Below, piece by piece: positions 1-11,482 of a stretch of 64,000 nt of DNA. The stretch's first letter is position 1. Every line of letters starts with the position of its first letter. The notes below the pieces were generated by a model. That model saw nothing but the letters and a program-made list of their open reading frames with translations. It was not told the origin of the DNA and searched no databases. Source of the DNA: Felis catus (Eukaryota); NCBI RefSeq assembly GCF_018350175.1, contig NC_058373.1, forward strand, positions 117,554,001 to 117,618,000. The letters run 5' to 3'. Both the position numbers and the translations under genes were made by a program.

Positions 1-299
1 GGGGGGGTGGGGGGTGGGGAGGAGCAGCAGTGGAGCAGTGAGGAGTCCTTCCCCCATAAACCAGCGTTAACAGGACTTCCAGAGTCTTCTTTCCAAATGT
101 CCCTCTTGCACCGTCTCAGTCTCCCACAAGCGTGAGGCCCTGTGCATCAGACCTTGTCGCTCTTGGGTACCTGTGCACAAGCCAGTGGGGAAACAGTACT
201 GGAGAACACAGTGCAGGAGTTGACCCAGGGCCTCGGGACTTGGCCAAAGTGTGCTTATCAGTGAGAGCCATTAAACATAAATATGTTGTGGCGAGGGGG

Positions 300-420
300 G
301 GTGGTGCCTGGGTGGTTCAGTCGGTTAAGCATCCAACTCTTGATTTCAGCTCAGGTCATGATCTCACAGTTTGTGAGGTCGAGCCCCACATTGGGCTCTG
401 CACTGAATGTGGAGACTGGG

Positions 421-462
<42 letters not shown>

Positions 463-501
463 CCCCTCTCTCTCTCTCAAAAATAAACTTAAAAAAAAAA
501 A
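300..501 (+). mobile_element. CAN-SINE (older subfamily)
   Basis: tRNA-like head gcctgggtggttcagtcggttaag, (CT)n, AATAAA and A tail; flanking repeat aaacataaata. Confidence 0.9.
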
Positions 502-941
502 CATAAATAGGTAGGAACATCATGATCTTCCCAAGCAAACCCGACAGTGGCTGTTCTGTGGATCTGAGCATCCTGTTCCTGTCCCCTCACGTGTCAGCTG
601 TCACCCCTCTCTCAGAAGACCACTGGCCTATTTTGGGGCACCCACTGTGAGGCGCTACATCCCTTCCTTAACACAACCTACCGGAAAGACCCAGCCTGCA
701 GAAACAGGGGGCCCCTCCACCCTCTGTCTCTCTTCCCTGTACTTTCCATGTTTTAGAAAAAAAAGAAAATTGTCCATGTTTTCCACGTTTAGAAAAACAG
801 AAACGAGACAGCATCAACTCCTGATATATTTTATCCAATTGTCTCGTCTCCTGCCATAGAATGTTCTACTTTGATATTTGTAAAGAATATGGCATTAAGA
901 TGTTCTTTCGGGTTGAATTTCTGCCTAAAAGTGGTTAGATA

Positions 942-1166
942 TTTTTTTTTTTAATTTTCTTTTCAACGTTTATTTATTTTGGGGACAGAGAGAGACAGAG
1001 CATGAACGGGCGAGGGGCAGAGAGAGAGGGAGACACAGAATCGGAAACAGGCTCCAGGCTCTGAGCCATCAGCCCAGAGCCCGACGCGGGGCTCGAACTC
1101 ACGGACCGTGAGATCGTGACCTGGCTGAAGTCGGACGCTTAACCGACTGCGCCACCCAGGCGCCCC
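942..1166 (-). mobile_element. Young SINEC_Fc-like CAN-SINE
   Basis: CpG-rich body; TSD aaaagtggttagata at 927-941 and 1168-1182. Confidence 0.95.
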
Positions 1167-1460
1167 AAAAAGTGGTTAGATATTTTTTTAAAAGAATTTC
1201 TTTTCAAAATTCAGTAATTGTATTCATTTTTTTTTCTGATGACATATTCTCTGTAAAACCCAAATTCAAACAGCAAAGAAAGGAGAGGAAAGAACCTGCA
1301 ATCCTTCTCCCCTATCCTTTTTTTCTGCACACGCATTTTTTCTTTAAAAAAAAAAATCTGAATCATACCCTGAACATTGTTCGGTAAGATGCTTCTTTCC
1401 CCGACCATATACTGTAGTATGTTGAGAGTCTTTCTATATCAGTAATAATATCCACGTTAT

Positions 1461-1676
1461 TGTTTTTATTTTTATTTATTTGTTTTTGAAAGAGAGAGAG
1501 AGAGAGAGAGAGTGAGCAGTGGATGGGGTGAAGAGAGAGGGAGACACAGACGCTGAAGCAGGCTCCAGGCTCCAAGATGTCAGCACAGAGCCCGACGCAG
1601 GGTTTGAACTCTTGAACCATGAGATCATGACCTGAGCCAAAGTCGGACACTTCACCCACTGAGCCACCCAGGCGCC
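1461..1676 (-). mobile_element. CAN-SINE inserted at the tail of the next SINE
   Basis: Full head/(GA)n/T-tail structure; TSD ccacgttattgttttta on both sides. Confidence 0.92.
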
Positions 1677-1683
1677 CACGTTA

Positions 1684-1921
1684 TTGTTTTTATTTTTTAT
1701 TTATTTTTTAATTTTGTTAAGGTTTATTCATTCTTCAGAGACAGAAAGACAGAGCGTGAGCGGGGGAGGGGCAGAGAGAGAGGGGGACACAGAATCCGAA
1801 GCAGGCTCCAGGCTCGGAGCTGTCAGCACAGAGGCCGACACGGGGCCCGAACTCACAGACGGTGAGATCATGATCTGAGCTGAAGTCGGACGCTCAACCA
1901 ACTGAGCCGCCCAGGTGCCCC
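1684..1921 (-). mobile_element. CAN-SINE
   Basis: Reverse-complement head ...actgagccgcccaggtgcccc and T-rich tail. Confidence 0.92.
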
Positions 1922-2929
1922 ATTAATGGCTGCCTAGTATTCCATGGCACGACTGTGTCATAATTTATTTCACTGCTCCCTAATTGATGTTTAGGCATCA
2001 CGGCCTTTGCTTCCTATGAACAGTGGAAAAATCAAAGGAACAGTTATTTTGAGGTACTTGTACACTGAGCCTTGGTAACAACTGAGTTTAGGTGTGTTGA
2101 TCTTCAACTGAAGCTCTTTTTGTATTAATAATCCACTAATGAGGGTAATCAATTAGCGTTGGCATGAGCTCTATGAAAATACATAGCATAATGTGGGCTC
2201 TACCCTTGCATTCCATCAGAATTAGGTGGCTCATTAGGGGACCTGTCAAACACCCCCTCCTCACTGTCCTTTTGTGCCACCAGGTAAGCCTACAGACTTA
2301 GAGAAAAGGCTTCTCCCCTCTTCCTCTAAAGGCAACCCTAGATGCCTTTTCTTTCTTCCTGGTTTTGGCTTTTCCTTCACAAACATCACAAATATAGACA
2401 CTCCCTTTTTTCTCGCTTTTGACCCCAAACTCTCAAAGGCATGAGTGCCAGGTCATCAGGATTCTAATTTCTTGCCACCTTCCTGGACCCCTGTTTGCTG
2501 GAAGACAAGCCCTGAGAAATCCATTCTTGGTTCTCCTCATGCAGATGTCCAATAGGCTGCAAAGAGTCCCCTCGTCCCTTCCCCAAATGTGGCGTGAATA
2601 GCCACAAAGCCTTCTTCCTGTCTTCGGTGGCCTTGATGACAGGCGCTATGTGAGTTGTGTTCTTGTAAAACACACAAGAGAAGAGGAATCAGGTGAACCA
2701 CAGAGACTTCAGATTTAATGGGGGTGTAAATGAATATTAATAGTCCTACTCTGTACAGCAGGGTCTGGTGCAAAATCACATTGGGTTCACATCCAGTGGA
2801 TTTAAAGCGGGGGCTCTGCCGCTCTGTTGGGAGTAACCAAAATAGATGACTGCTTTGTAATAAGCATAGGTGTCGATGTGCAGACTTACAAGGATTAATG
2901 CCTTCTCGTTGATTTTCATTTCTCATTAG

Positions 2930-3006
2930 GAAAACTTAGCAAGACTCCAGAGGGCCTTCGCAAGGAAGTGGGAATTCATCTTTATGCAAGCAGAAGCACA
3001 AGTGAA
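2930..3006 (+). CDS. RGS6: RGS6 coding exon (~exon 8), ENLARLQRAFARKWEFIFMQAEAQV(K), DHEX region
   Basis: Acceptor tttctcattag|G and donor AA|gtaggt; 77 nt, phase 0 to 2. Confidence 0.96.
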
Positions 3007-5404
3007 GTAGGTGAACTTGACAGAGACCCTGGGAAAGTGAAAAAAAAAAAAAAACTCTCTGGACTATGGAGGTGGTGTGAGATTGGTATTACCAAGGCGG
3101 GGCGTCCTTCCATGGCCAGCCAGCTGTGGCCGGACGCTATCATCTCACATGAGGGCAGCAGAGTAGAAATCAAGGTCAAGATGGATAAATTTCATCTTCG
3201 TCATCAATGGCACTCTGAAATAATTTCCAAAGTGTGTGTTCTGGCAAACAATGGGCTTGCTCCCCAGCGTAGAACTCTGGTTGGAAGATGTCCCTATTTC
3301 CTGAAGAGATTTCCAATTATTCTTCTGTGCTTAGGGGCTGAAAAACATCAGACCCACTTTTCCTGTAGGTCTGGAGACTTTGTCTTCAGAGGAAATCATG
3401 TTGGAGTTTTAGGGAGGCCAACCCCTCTCCCCTTTCCCCCAGGGGAGGGGTCCAGAACCAATCAAAAATAAGGCACAGAAGTCAGACATTGGAGTCCAAC
3501 GTGTTAGGATTATTACTGATACAAGCCAGTTTATAGGGCATGACTTTGGATCTGTGACTACAGCTCTTGACCCTGGAATTAAACTCACCCATGCTGGGCA
3601 GAGCTGGATATCTGCAGAACCCCCCACCCCAGCTCAGAGTCGACCCCTGTAAGTTCACTGTGTGCAGAGTGAACAGAGTGCCAGAACATAGGGCCCAGCA
3701 AGGACCGACCTGAGCTTTCTCAGTTTCTTCTTTCAGATCGGCCAGTAAAGTTAAGGCCCTCTTTCTCCCCCGGAGTACAAGAGATGAGAGACTAGCTGGA
3801 GTGTTTTCCCCACATGTTTCCCTCCCAGGGAGTAGAGTGGAAATCCCTTCGCCTCTAAGGAAACATGAGAAGTGGGCATTAAATGTCCCCCTGCCGACAA
3901 ACATTCTTGTCAACCAGATCCTTTCAGTCCTGGGAAATGAACCTGCTCAGGTTGGGTTCTTCTGGCCCTTTCCAGCAATGGTCTCTGATTTTGCAGGGAG
4001 TGTTAAGAGATGGAGGAGGGGGATGAGAAAGGGACCCTGAGCTAGGCCAAGGCAAGCACCTTCTCCCTGAGCAGCCCCCCGTGGGTCCTCAGAGGACCCC
4101 TTCCTCGCTCCATGGGCACTGTTGCAGCCCCATCACCTGGGCTGGTTCCCGGCTGTGTGGGTGAGCCTTGATCACAGGTGTGGTCGTAGTTGGAAATGAC
4201 CCGACGTCTTTGAGTCCAGTGGCCGGCACGGTGCCATTGCTCTCACCCTCCCTCTGCACTCTCTGGCTTTCCCCTCTGCCCATGAACTCACACGCCTGCA
4301 GAACACCCCGGTGCTGCCGGCAGCCTAGGAGGAGGTGGGCACCAGGCACCGGATGCTGAGCTGTGACTCTGCAGCCATGGTGGCCCCCGAGGAAAGAGCA
4401 AGTGGGAGGGTGGGAAGGAGGCAGAATTGAGCCTGTGGACCCAGAAGCCACTGGGAACCAAAGAGGAGCACTAATTTGCACTTTCAGGATCACACGGCAT
4501 CGTGTGTTAAAAAGGGAGGGGAAATCGTCACTTTGTACATATATGGTATTTCTCGATTAGCTTTTCCCATTAACTCCCGACTACTTTATAATTGTGGGCC
4601 ATTGAAGTACCCAGTAATTATCACAGAAATCACAGGATGATTATGGTTTATTTCAGATCAGTCAACGAAAGTGTTCCCAAGAGAGCCAAGAACCAGAAGT
4701 TACACGACAATTAATCTGTTATTTTTTACTTAGAGAGGCACTATGAAGTAATACAGGCTTAAGAAAAAAAAAAAAAAGAAAAAAGAAAAACCTCTTATCT
4801 GTGTTCTGATCAGAACATAAAGAACCCATCTTTGTCACCTGTGATTTCCCTCTTGCAATGGGTGCCTCCCCGAGCTGAGGCCAGTGATATTTGCCTTCTG
4901 GATCTTGTCACATGCTAAGGCTATGACTCTGCTTTCAGAAAGCCAGATGGTCTCAGTGACTTTTAAAACACGTAATTGCAGCATTTTGAAGACACCTCTA
5001 TTGACTCTGAATCTAAAGCAAACTTTCAAATTTGAGGATGGAACACCACAAGCCCAGATCCTTTCCTATAATTTGAATATGCAGGATCCACGGTGACAGG
5101 GGTGGGGGCAAGCCCACAGAAAATTCAGTTCCGAATAATCTAAGTCTTAATCACTCAAATGGACAGCCGGATTCTGGTTCTCTCCTTGGGTCCGCCATGT
5201 TCATTCCACCTCTCTGATGATTCGCAGTCTAGGCGAAAACAAGTCCTCTTCCCACGTGTGGGCTTCTTGAGGTTTCCTTGAGGGAACCGTCCGCCCCTGG
5301 TTGACAGCTGTGCAGAGAGCAGGGGTCACACAGGTGCCAAGAGCTCTGTGTTCACCAAGCTCCTAGAAACAGGAGCCTCTGATTTCTTTTCTTTGCTCTT
5401 TCAG

Positions 5405-5486
5405 GATAGATCGGAAAAAGGACAAGACAGAAAGGAAAATTTTGGATAGTCAAGAACGGGCCTTTTGGGATGTGCACAGGCCAGTG
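5405..5486 (+). CDS. RGS6: RGS6 coding exon (~exon 9), (K)[27 protein letters not shown]
   Basis: Acceptor ctttgctctttcag|G and donor GTG|gtgaga; 82 nt, phase 2 to 0; R7-family [10 protein letters not shown] motif. Confidence 0.97.
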
Positions 5487-5868
5487 GTGAGAAAGCTCTG
5501 CTTGGTTCTCTACGTTTCTGGTTGGGTTTTTTTGCTTTGTTTTCTTTTGTTACTTTTCCCTCTTCCTTCGCTTGAAAGAAAAGACTATCTTTAGCCACCA
5601 GGTGTCTCATTCTTAAAACTAAATGAAAGTGCTAAACTTTGTGAAATTGGTTTTGCCATTCAGTCAGCATAACCTCGGTAGATTGTCTGGAATGTATCTC
5701 AGTTCCAGCTTTTAAAAAGTATTCATCCATGACAATATGAACTTGGAAAAGGGGCGCTGTGGGAAGTGCCCCTGGGGACCTCTGGACCCAGAGGTTTACT
5801 GCTTACAAAATAAGCAGTTTCCATTTCTACTGTCATTCGACCCAAAAACTCAGAATAATCTCCAAATG

Positions 5869-6511
5869 CAGCCCATTCTCGGTATTCACGGTAATCACGT
5901 TCTATAAAGTTGCCAGGTCCGCTGAATTAGCGAATGCTGAGCCATTTTCCTGGGAGAAATACAGGGTTAGGTTCCTGTGATCCTCTGGTCACAGCATTTT
6001 CTTCAGGTGACCAATACGTAACCACGGCTCAATTCTGCTTCTGTTTAAAGACAGCTTATTCATATATACCGTTGATTCATTAATATCGAACTCATGGCCA
6101 ACAGCGCTATAGCTCACACCGGAAGGAAGCTTACCTGACACGCCTGTTGTCTCTGCCAGGCACCTCACGGCCTTGTCGCACGTAGGAACACTAGACAGCA
6201 CTTCAGCCCCACGTTCGGGGGCCACGTGAAACAGCAAAATCACCAACGAAAAGCACAGACACATGGAAAAGGTGGTACCAAAGAGGCCTTGAAAAGGACA
6301 TTTGTGTACAGTAGGAGATGAAACAAGAAGGCAGAGCGTCGGCTAATTCAGCCTCGCCGGGAACGTGCACACGTCTCACGGTTTTTGCCACTGTGCACAG
6401 GTCCACAAAGAATGACGAATGCACCGCCAGTACCGATTTGGGGGTTCGAAGTAAATGATGGCTCGTAGGTGCATTCACAAAGACCAGATCCGTGAATAAT
6501 GAGGTTCGATG
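5869..6511. mobile_element. MER82-like TcMar-Tigger DNA transposon, near full length
   Basis: Inverted termini (ctcggtattcacgg ... ccgtgaataatgag); internal sequence resembles the MER82 consensus as recalled. Confidence 0.75.
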
Positions 6512-6547
6512 CAGTTCTGATTTCCTGTTATTAAAACAAAGCTTGCA

Positions 6548-6778
6548 GGGGCGCCTGGGTGGCGCAGTCGGTTAAGCGTCCGACTTCAGCCAGGTCACGA
6601 TCTCGCGGTCCGTGAGTTCGAGTCCCGCGTCAGGCTCTGGGCTGATGGCTCGGAGCCTGGAGCCTGCTTCCGATTCTGTGTCTCCCTCTCTCTCTGCCCC
6701 TCTCCCGTTCATGCTCTGTCTCTCTCTGTCCCCAAAAAATAAATAAACGTTGAAAAAAAAAATTAAAAAAAAAAAAAA
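6548..6778 (+). mobile_element. Young SINEC_Fc-like CAN-SINE
   Basis: ggggcgcctgggtggcgcagtcgg head; TSD aaaacaaagcttgca. Confidence 0.95.
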
Positions 6779-7271
6779 CAAAGCTTGCATTTCCCTCATG
6801 AAAAGGAACCAGAGTGAGGATACCATGGCAGCCCTTCCTAAGAGAGCTGGTTAGAAGCAAAACCAAAATAATAATAATAATGATAATAATAATTCCCCAT
6901 CGTGGTATTGGATTGTTTTTAGATGGTTAGCTATGTGTAGCGACAAAGGCTGTGGCTGAAACTATCTATCTGGCCCTTCTGAATAACCTGTTTACTCTTA
7001 TAAACGGTACACTCTGTCCTTTCCATGTCATCCCTAGACAGCGTGAGGCAGGCTTGTATTATTTCACGTGAGAACTTGTGGAGGAACACGTATTAAAGAT
7101 GAGACGTCTTTGTAAGAGAAACTGTGAGTGGCAAAATGGAGACAATCATGTATTGTCTGTAATGGGAAAGACAAAGATTGGGTCTCACGGTGTCACTTGG
7201 GTCACATTGGAATGTGTGATTTTCACTGAGTAATTTATACGATTTTCTTTTTTTTTTTTTTTTTTTCTCAG

Positions 7272-7346
7272 CCAGGCTGTGTGAACACAACAGAAATGGA
7301 TATCAGAAAATGCCGGCGTCTGAAGAACCCGCAAAAGGTTAAGAAG
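7272..7346 (+). CDS. RGS6: RGS6 coding exon (~exon 10), [25 protein letters not shown]
   Basis: Acceptor T19-ctcag|C and weak donor AAG|gttcgc; 75 nt, phase 0 to 0. Confidence 0.93.
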
Positions 7347-8091
7347 GTTCGCTAGTTTAGCTGAATTAAAAATTCTTGATGCAAATAGCCCTTCCATTTC
7401 CGGTACTGTTCAAGCAGTAATTTGCTATGTGTTAATTCTACCCCACTCTGTCCTGTGAAACCATTTCATTCATTCATTCTGCAAATATTTGTGGGGTGGC
7501 TGATACGTACCTGGCACCCTTCTTGCTGCTGTAATACAGTGACAAGTCCTCACGAAGCCCACGGCCCGCACACGCCAACAGGCAACAGTACCAGGAAGGC
7601 TGCACTAGGGAAATACGGGATGGTACAGGAGGGCCGGGAGGGGGGCCCCGGGGCTGGGGGCTTCCGGAGGGCTTCCAAAGCAGGCTCAGGTGCACTGAGG
7701 TCTGCAGGGTAAGTAGCAGTTGGCTCTGGGGAGGAAAAGAAACTAAAGGAACAAAAAGTATCAAAATCCCACCAGTGAAGGTGAGCTTAGTACTTTGAAA
7801 GGCTTTTATATAGCTAGATCACTCAAACTCGAAACACCATCTTGCTCAACTGTGAATGGGCCGATGATCGTTTTGTGTTTCACGATCCTGGAAGGGGCAG
7901 TAGCCGTGGCCTACCCAGGGGTGACATACTCCGTCTGCCCCACGACGGCTATATCCCCATCTCACAACGGCACCCAGGACCATATTGGAGGAGAGCCTGT
8001 CTGTCCTCCAAAATATTAACTTCAAAAAGTTAGAGATGTGCCCCCAGACATTCCTATTTCTTTCCTATTTCCAATCCTTCCATTTTCATAT

Positions 8092-8110
8092 ACACACGCA
8101 CGCACACACA

Positions 8111-8151
<41 letters not shown>
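8092..8151 (+). repeat. (CA)n microsatellite, interrupted
   Basis: Directly visible. Confidence 0.95.
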
Positions 8152-8152
<1 letters not shown>

Positions 8153-8575
8153 ATGACATATATATCAACTTCTTGAATCTACTTACATATTTTATTCTTT
8201 ACTGAGATGATTATGCTATCTTGTATTGTATTATGACATTTTATAGTGTTACTCTTAAGACATCCTCATTTCATCTTTAAAGGCCCCCTAATTCCACTAT
8301 TCCAGAATTTCGTGGAGCTCACCTCCACTCTATCTGAGCCCTTCTTGATTTTATAGATTTCAGCTATACGTTGCATACCCTTCTGGGTTTTGTTTCGTTC
8401 CCAAAGCAAAGGTTGTTTTTCATCTGTCTCCAGCACAAGGGATGGCTTAATCAGCAGCCATAGCAATGTGGAGAAACTGAGGCCAGAAAGCTCTTTGGCT
8501 GGAAAGGAAGAAAAATCTGAAACTTTGCCACCTCAAATTTATACTGGATGAGCATGCCATGTGCATAACTTTCAA

Positions 8576-8763
8576 TAGTGGTTCTTGAACGTTCTTATGC
8601 CTCAGAATCACTTGGGCCATTTGATAAAAGTGCAGATTCAGGAGCCCCACCCACAAAGACTCTGATTCAGTAGGTCTGGGGTGGGGCTCAGTGTTCGTCT
8701 TCACCAAGAACTCCCAGATGATTCTTTGCAGACGGTCTATGGACCGTATTTGGAGAAACACTG
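8576..8763. mobile_element. MER5-like hAT-Charlie element
   Basis: tagtggttctt...gagaaacactg termini and tctgattcagtaggtctggggtgggg core. Confidence 0.75.
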
Positions 8764-8779
8764 ATATTCAAGGAGACCG

Positions 8780-8995
8780 TTTCAGCTTAGTGAGAGGAAA
8801 GATTGTCTAATAGTGGTAAACCCAAAGATAGGACAAAGCTGCTTCAAGAGGAAGAGTTCCCCTCACTGTAGACATTTAAGCAGAGGCTGACCACTTATTG
8901 TCAGGATGTCACAGAGGATATTGGAAACATCAAATGAGTGCTTGCACTGCCTGCCTTTAAGGCCCCCTGCAACTCTGTGGGTGCGTGATTCTATA
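8780..8995 (+). mobile_element. CR1/L3 LINE 3' end, degenerate
   Basis: ttcccctcactg..atttaagcagaggctgacca..gtcaggatg..taaggccccctgcaactct..tgattcta resembles the L3 3' terminus. Confidence 0.55.
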
Positions 8996-9013
8996 TTCTT
9001 CCTTCTTCTCTAG

Positions 9014-9112
9014 TCAGTGTATGGTGTGACTGAAGAGTCCCAGTCGCAAAGCCCCGTGCACATACCCAGTCAGCCAATCAGGAAAACTACAAAAGAGGAC
9101 ATCCGGAAACAG
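9014..9112 (+). CDS. RGS6: RGS6 coding exon (~exon 11), [33 protein letters not shown]
   Basis: Acceptor ccttcttctctag|T and donor CAG|gtgaat; 99 nt, phase 0 to 0. Confidence 0.95.
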
Positions 9113-10244
9113 GTGAATGAATGGACTCCCACACTCCCAGGAGGAGACATGGCCAGTTTGAAAGCCCTTTGAATGCTCACCTCTGAAGGCTGAGTGAGCT
9201 TTGAGTCCCTGGAAACCACAGTGGAACCCAGCTGTGAATGACTTGAACCCCTGAGTGCTGAGTGTGAACAACCGTGGAAGCCTGAGAGGAAAAATTCTCC
9301 ACCGGGTCCCCCCAGTAGTTATTAGAGAAGGGCAGAGTCCCCCCCCCAAGTAGTTATTAGAGAAGGGCATGAAGGAATTACCCCAATGCCTTGGGGGTGA
9401 CTGCTCTGGTCGGGGTTCCCACAGAATGTTGTGGGGGCCGCAAGGGGGGAGGGACTGGTGTCACAGAGTCCTTACAATTGTGATGCACTTGCAGAGTAAG
9501 CTAGCTAGGAGCCACCGACTTTATTGCTGTGATGCAAAAGGCAAGCTTATAAAGCAAGAAAGCTCTGTTCCTGGGGCCGAGTTAGCATTATTTGGTTGCA
9601 TGTTGTCTCCCTTCATGATGGGAAGCTAACTGGTCAACCCAGGTCGGCAGACAATGGCTAATTACACGACTCCTTTCTAGGGTTCGCTGGTAAGGAAGGA
9701 ACTTTATGGTCTGCTCTTCACATTATGCTTTACTGACTTCTGGGGGCAATCCAAAGGCATGAACTGTTAGGTGCCGGCCCTTGACAAGTTTAGGTTGGGG
9801 GGTCCAGGGGAGGAAACAGATGTATTGATGACTCTAGTCTAAAGTGCACCAACCATGTGGGTGTGATGCGGGTGTGAAGGGTGTGCAGAGGGAAATCACC
9901 AGACATTAGTCCAAGTGGATATTGACGGCTCCTGTAAGCATTGCAAAGTTTTGCGGGACGTATACGCCACCGCCTTTAAGTTTGCGATCGCCTTTGGAAG
10001 TCGAGACGTAGGCTACAACACAGCACAGGAGAATACTGACATAGGTAAATTGTAGACTGTGATTCCTGAGTGTGGTGGGAATGCCCAAAAGGGCACACGG
10101 TCGTTGGAATACAAGGCTGAAGGGTTGGCCAAGGCTGGCCAGAGGAGGTGCTTGCATCTGGACGGAAATACAAGGCCGGGGTTCATGGGGTGAAGGGGAA
10201 AAAATCGAGTGTGGCCCTAACACCTCTGTTCTGTCTTTCCCCAG

Positions 10245-10306
10245 ATAACATTTTTGAGTGCACAGATTGACAGACATTGTTTAAAAATGTCCAAAGTGGC
10301 TGAAAG
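10245..10306 (+). CDS. RGS6: RGS6 coding exon (~exon 12), [20 protein letters not shown](S), first half of GGL domain
   Basis: Acceptor gtctttccccag|A and donor AG|gtatgt; 62 nt, phase 0 to 2. Confidence 0.96.
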
Positions 10307-11299
10307 GTATGTTTCCCCCTCCATCATATTACTGCTTCCTTCTAATTCAACAAAGGAGAGATGTTATGGGGGCGTGCCAAAAGGCAGACTGTAGTCATTT
10401 CTTAAACCGATGAGTGAGAAAACCACAGGCCTCGTGCAAGCACAGCTAAGATAGCAGACCTCCCTTGAGTGATGTCAAGAAATGTTCTGTTGCGAAAGCT
10501 TTTCAGGGGGTGGCCACGGGACCTTGTCAATCTGGGAACAATGTCCTTAAAAGCCACGCAACGCACTTTTGCCTTCAGACCCTTGATTAATTCAAATGGA
10601 ATTGCTCCCTTTCCGGCCATAACACGCCCAGATTCCCTTTATAGGGGGAAAGAAATTACGTATGCCCTTTGAGGTGCTGGCCGCGCAAACGGGAGGGGGC
10701 CCGGCCGTCAGGAGGCGTTCTGCCTCTACACACCATCAACCACAGAACTGCATCAAATCAACTGTAAAGAAAATATTTGGCACCTCCAGCCTGGCTTCCT
10801 CAGGAGCATTTGTGCTACAATCTGCACCGGTAGCTGGTTCCACTCCCACTCTGTTAACTCATGGGAGACTCCATTTTGTCAACTAAATGGGCTGTTTTTC
10901 GAAATCTCAGTGCCGAGGAGAAACCACCTGGGGAATCTGTCCTGGAATAAATCTGATCAGACAGTCCCAAACCGCACGTTTGTTCATCCATATGCTGCCG
11001 TTTAAGCGATGGCCAGCGTCTGAGGGATCAACGGCTTAAGCTGTGGGTCTTAGCATTTATTGGATATCAGAGTAAAGTAGGTCCTTTAAGCCCAGCTCAC
11101 ACAGGGGTCTGGCCGTGCGTCCAACCTGCTGGCCTTTCTCTGCTGGCCCCCGGGGTGGGCCTGCATCTTCTTTCCAGGTAAATAGCAACAAATCGAGGCT
11201 AAGAAAATCCCACTCCCAAAACCAAAATCTGAATGAACACCCTGGATTTGGGCCCACATCTCCGATGGCCCCTCCTATCTATTCCGGGACTTCTTGGTA

Positions 11300-11482
11300 G
11301 TGTGGCTATTGACATTTGGGGCAGTCCTGGGCATTTTAGACTATTTAGCAGCATCCCTGACTTCTACCTACCAGATGCCAAAACCCACCTCACCATGGTG
11401 ACAACAAAAATGTCTTCGGACATCACCAGATGTTCCCAGGGCAGGACCAGGGGAGGCAAAATCGCCCCCGTAAGCATCACTG
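11300..11482. mobile_element. MER20-like hAT element, partial
   Basis: ttagcagcatccctgacttctacctaccagatgcc...gtgacaacaaaaatgtcttcggacat. Confidence 0.7.

Noticed and set aside
132..1878. ORFs such as MISQFV.SSP..GS / LSLSLSK / ERERE recurring through the window
   Set aside because: They are translations of CAN-SINE bodies and (CT)n tracts.
2194..2207. 14-bp match tgggctctaccctt shared with ~16140
   Set aside because: Several 14-mer matches are expected by chance in 64 kb.
2968..3471. 167-aa ORF overlapping exon 8
   Set aside because: It is in a different frame from the RGS6 exon and has no recognisable protein features.
6548..6625. tRNA-like A/B boxes
   Set aside because: These are SINE heads followed by (CT)n and poly-A with TSDs, not tRNA genes.
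9430..9830. Possible antisense ERV LTR (reverse AATAAA at ~9520)
   Set aside because: I could not recognise termini, a TSD or a family by eye; this needs a Dfam search.
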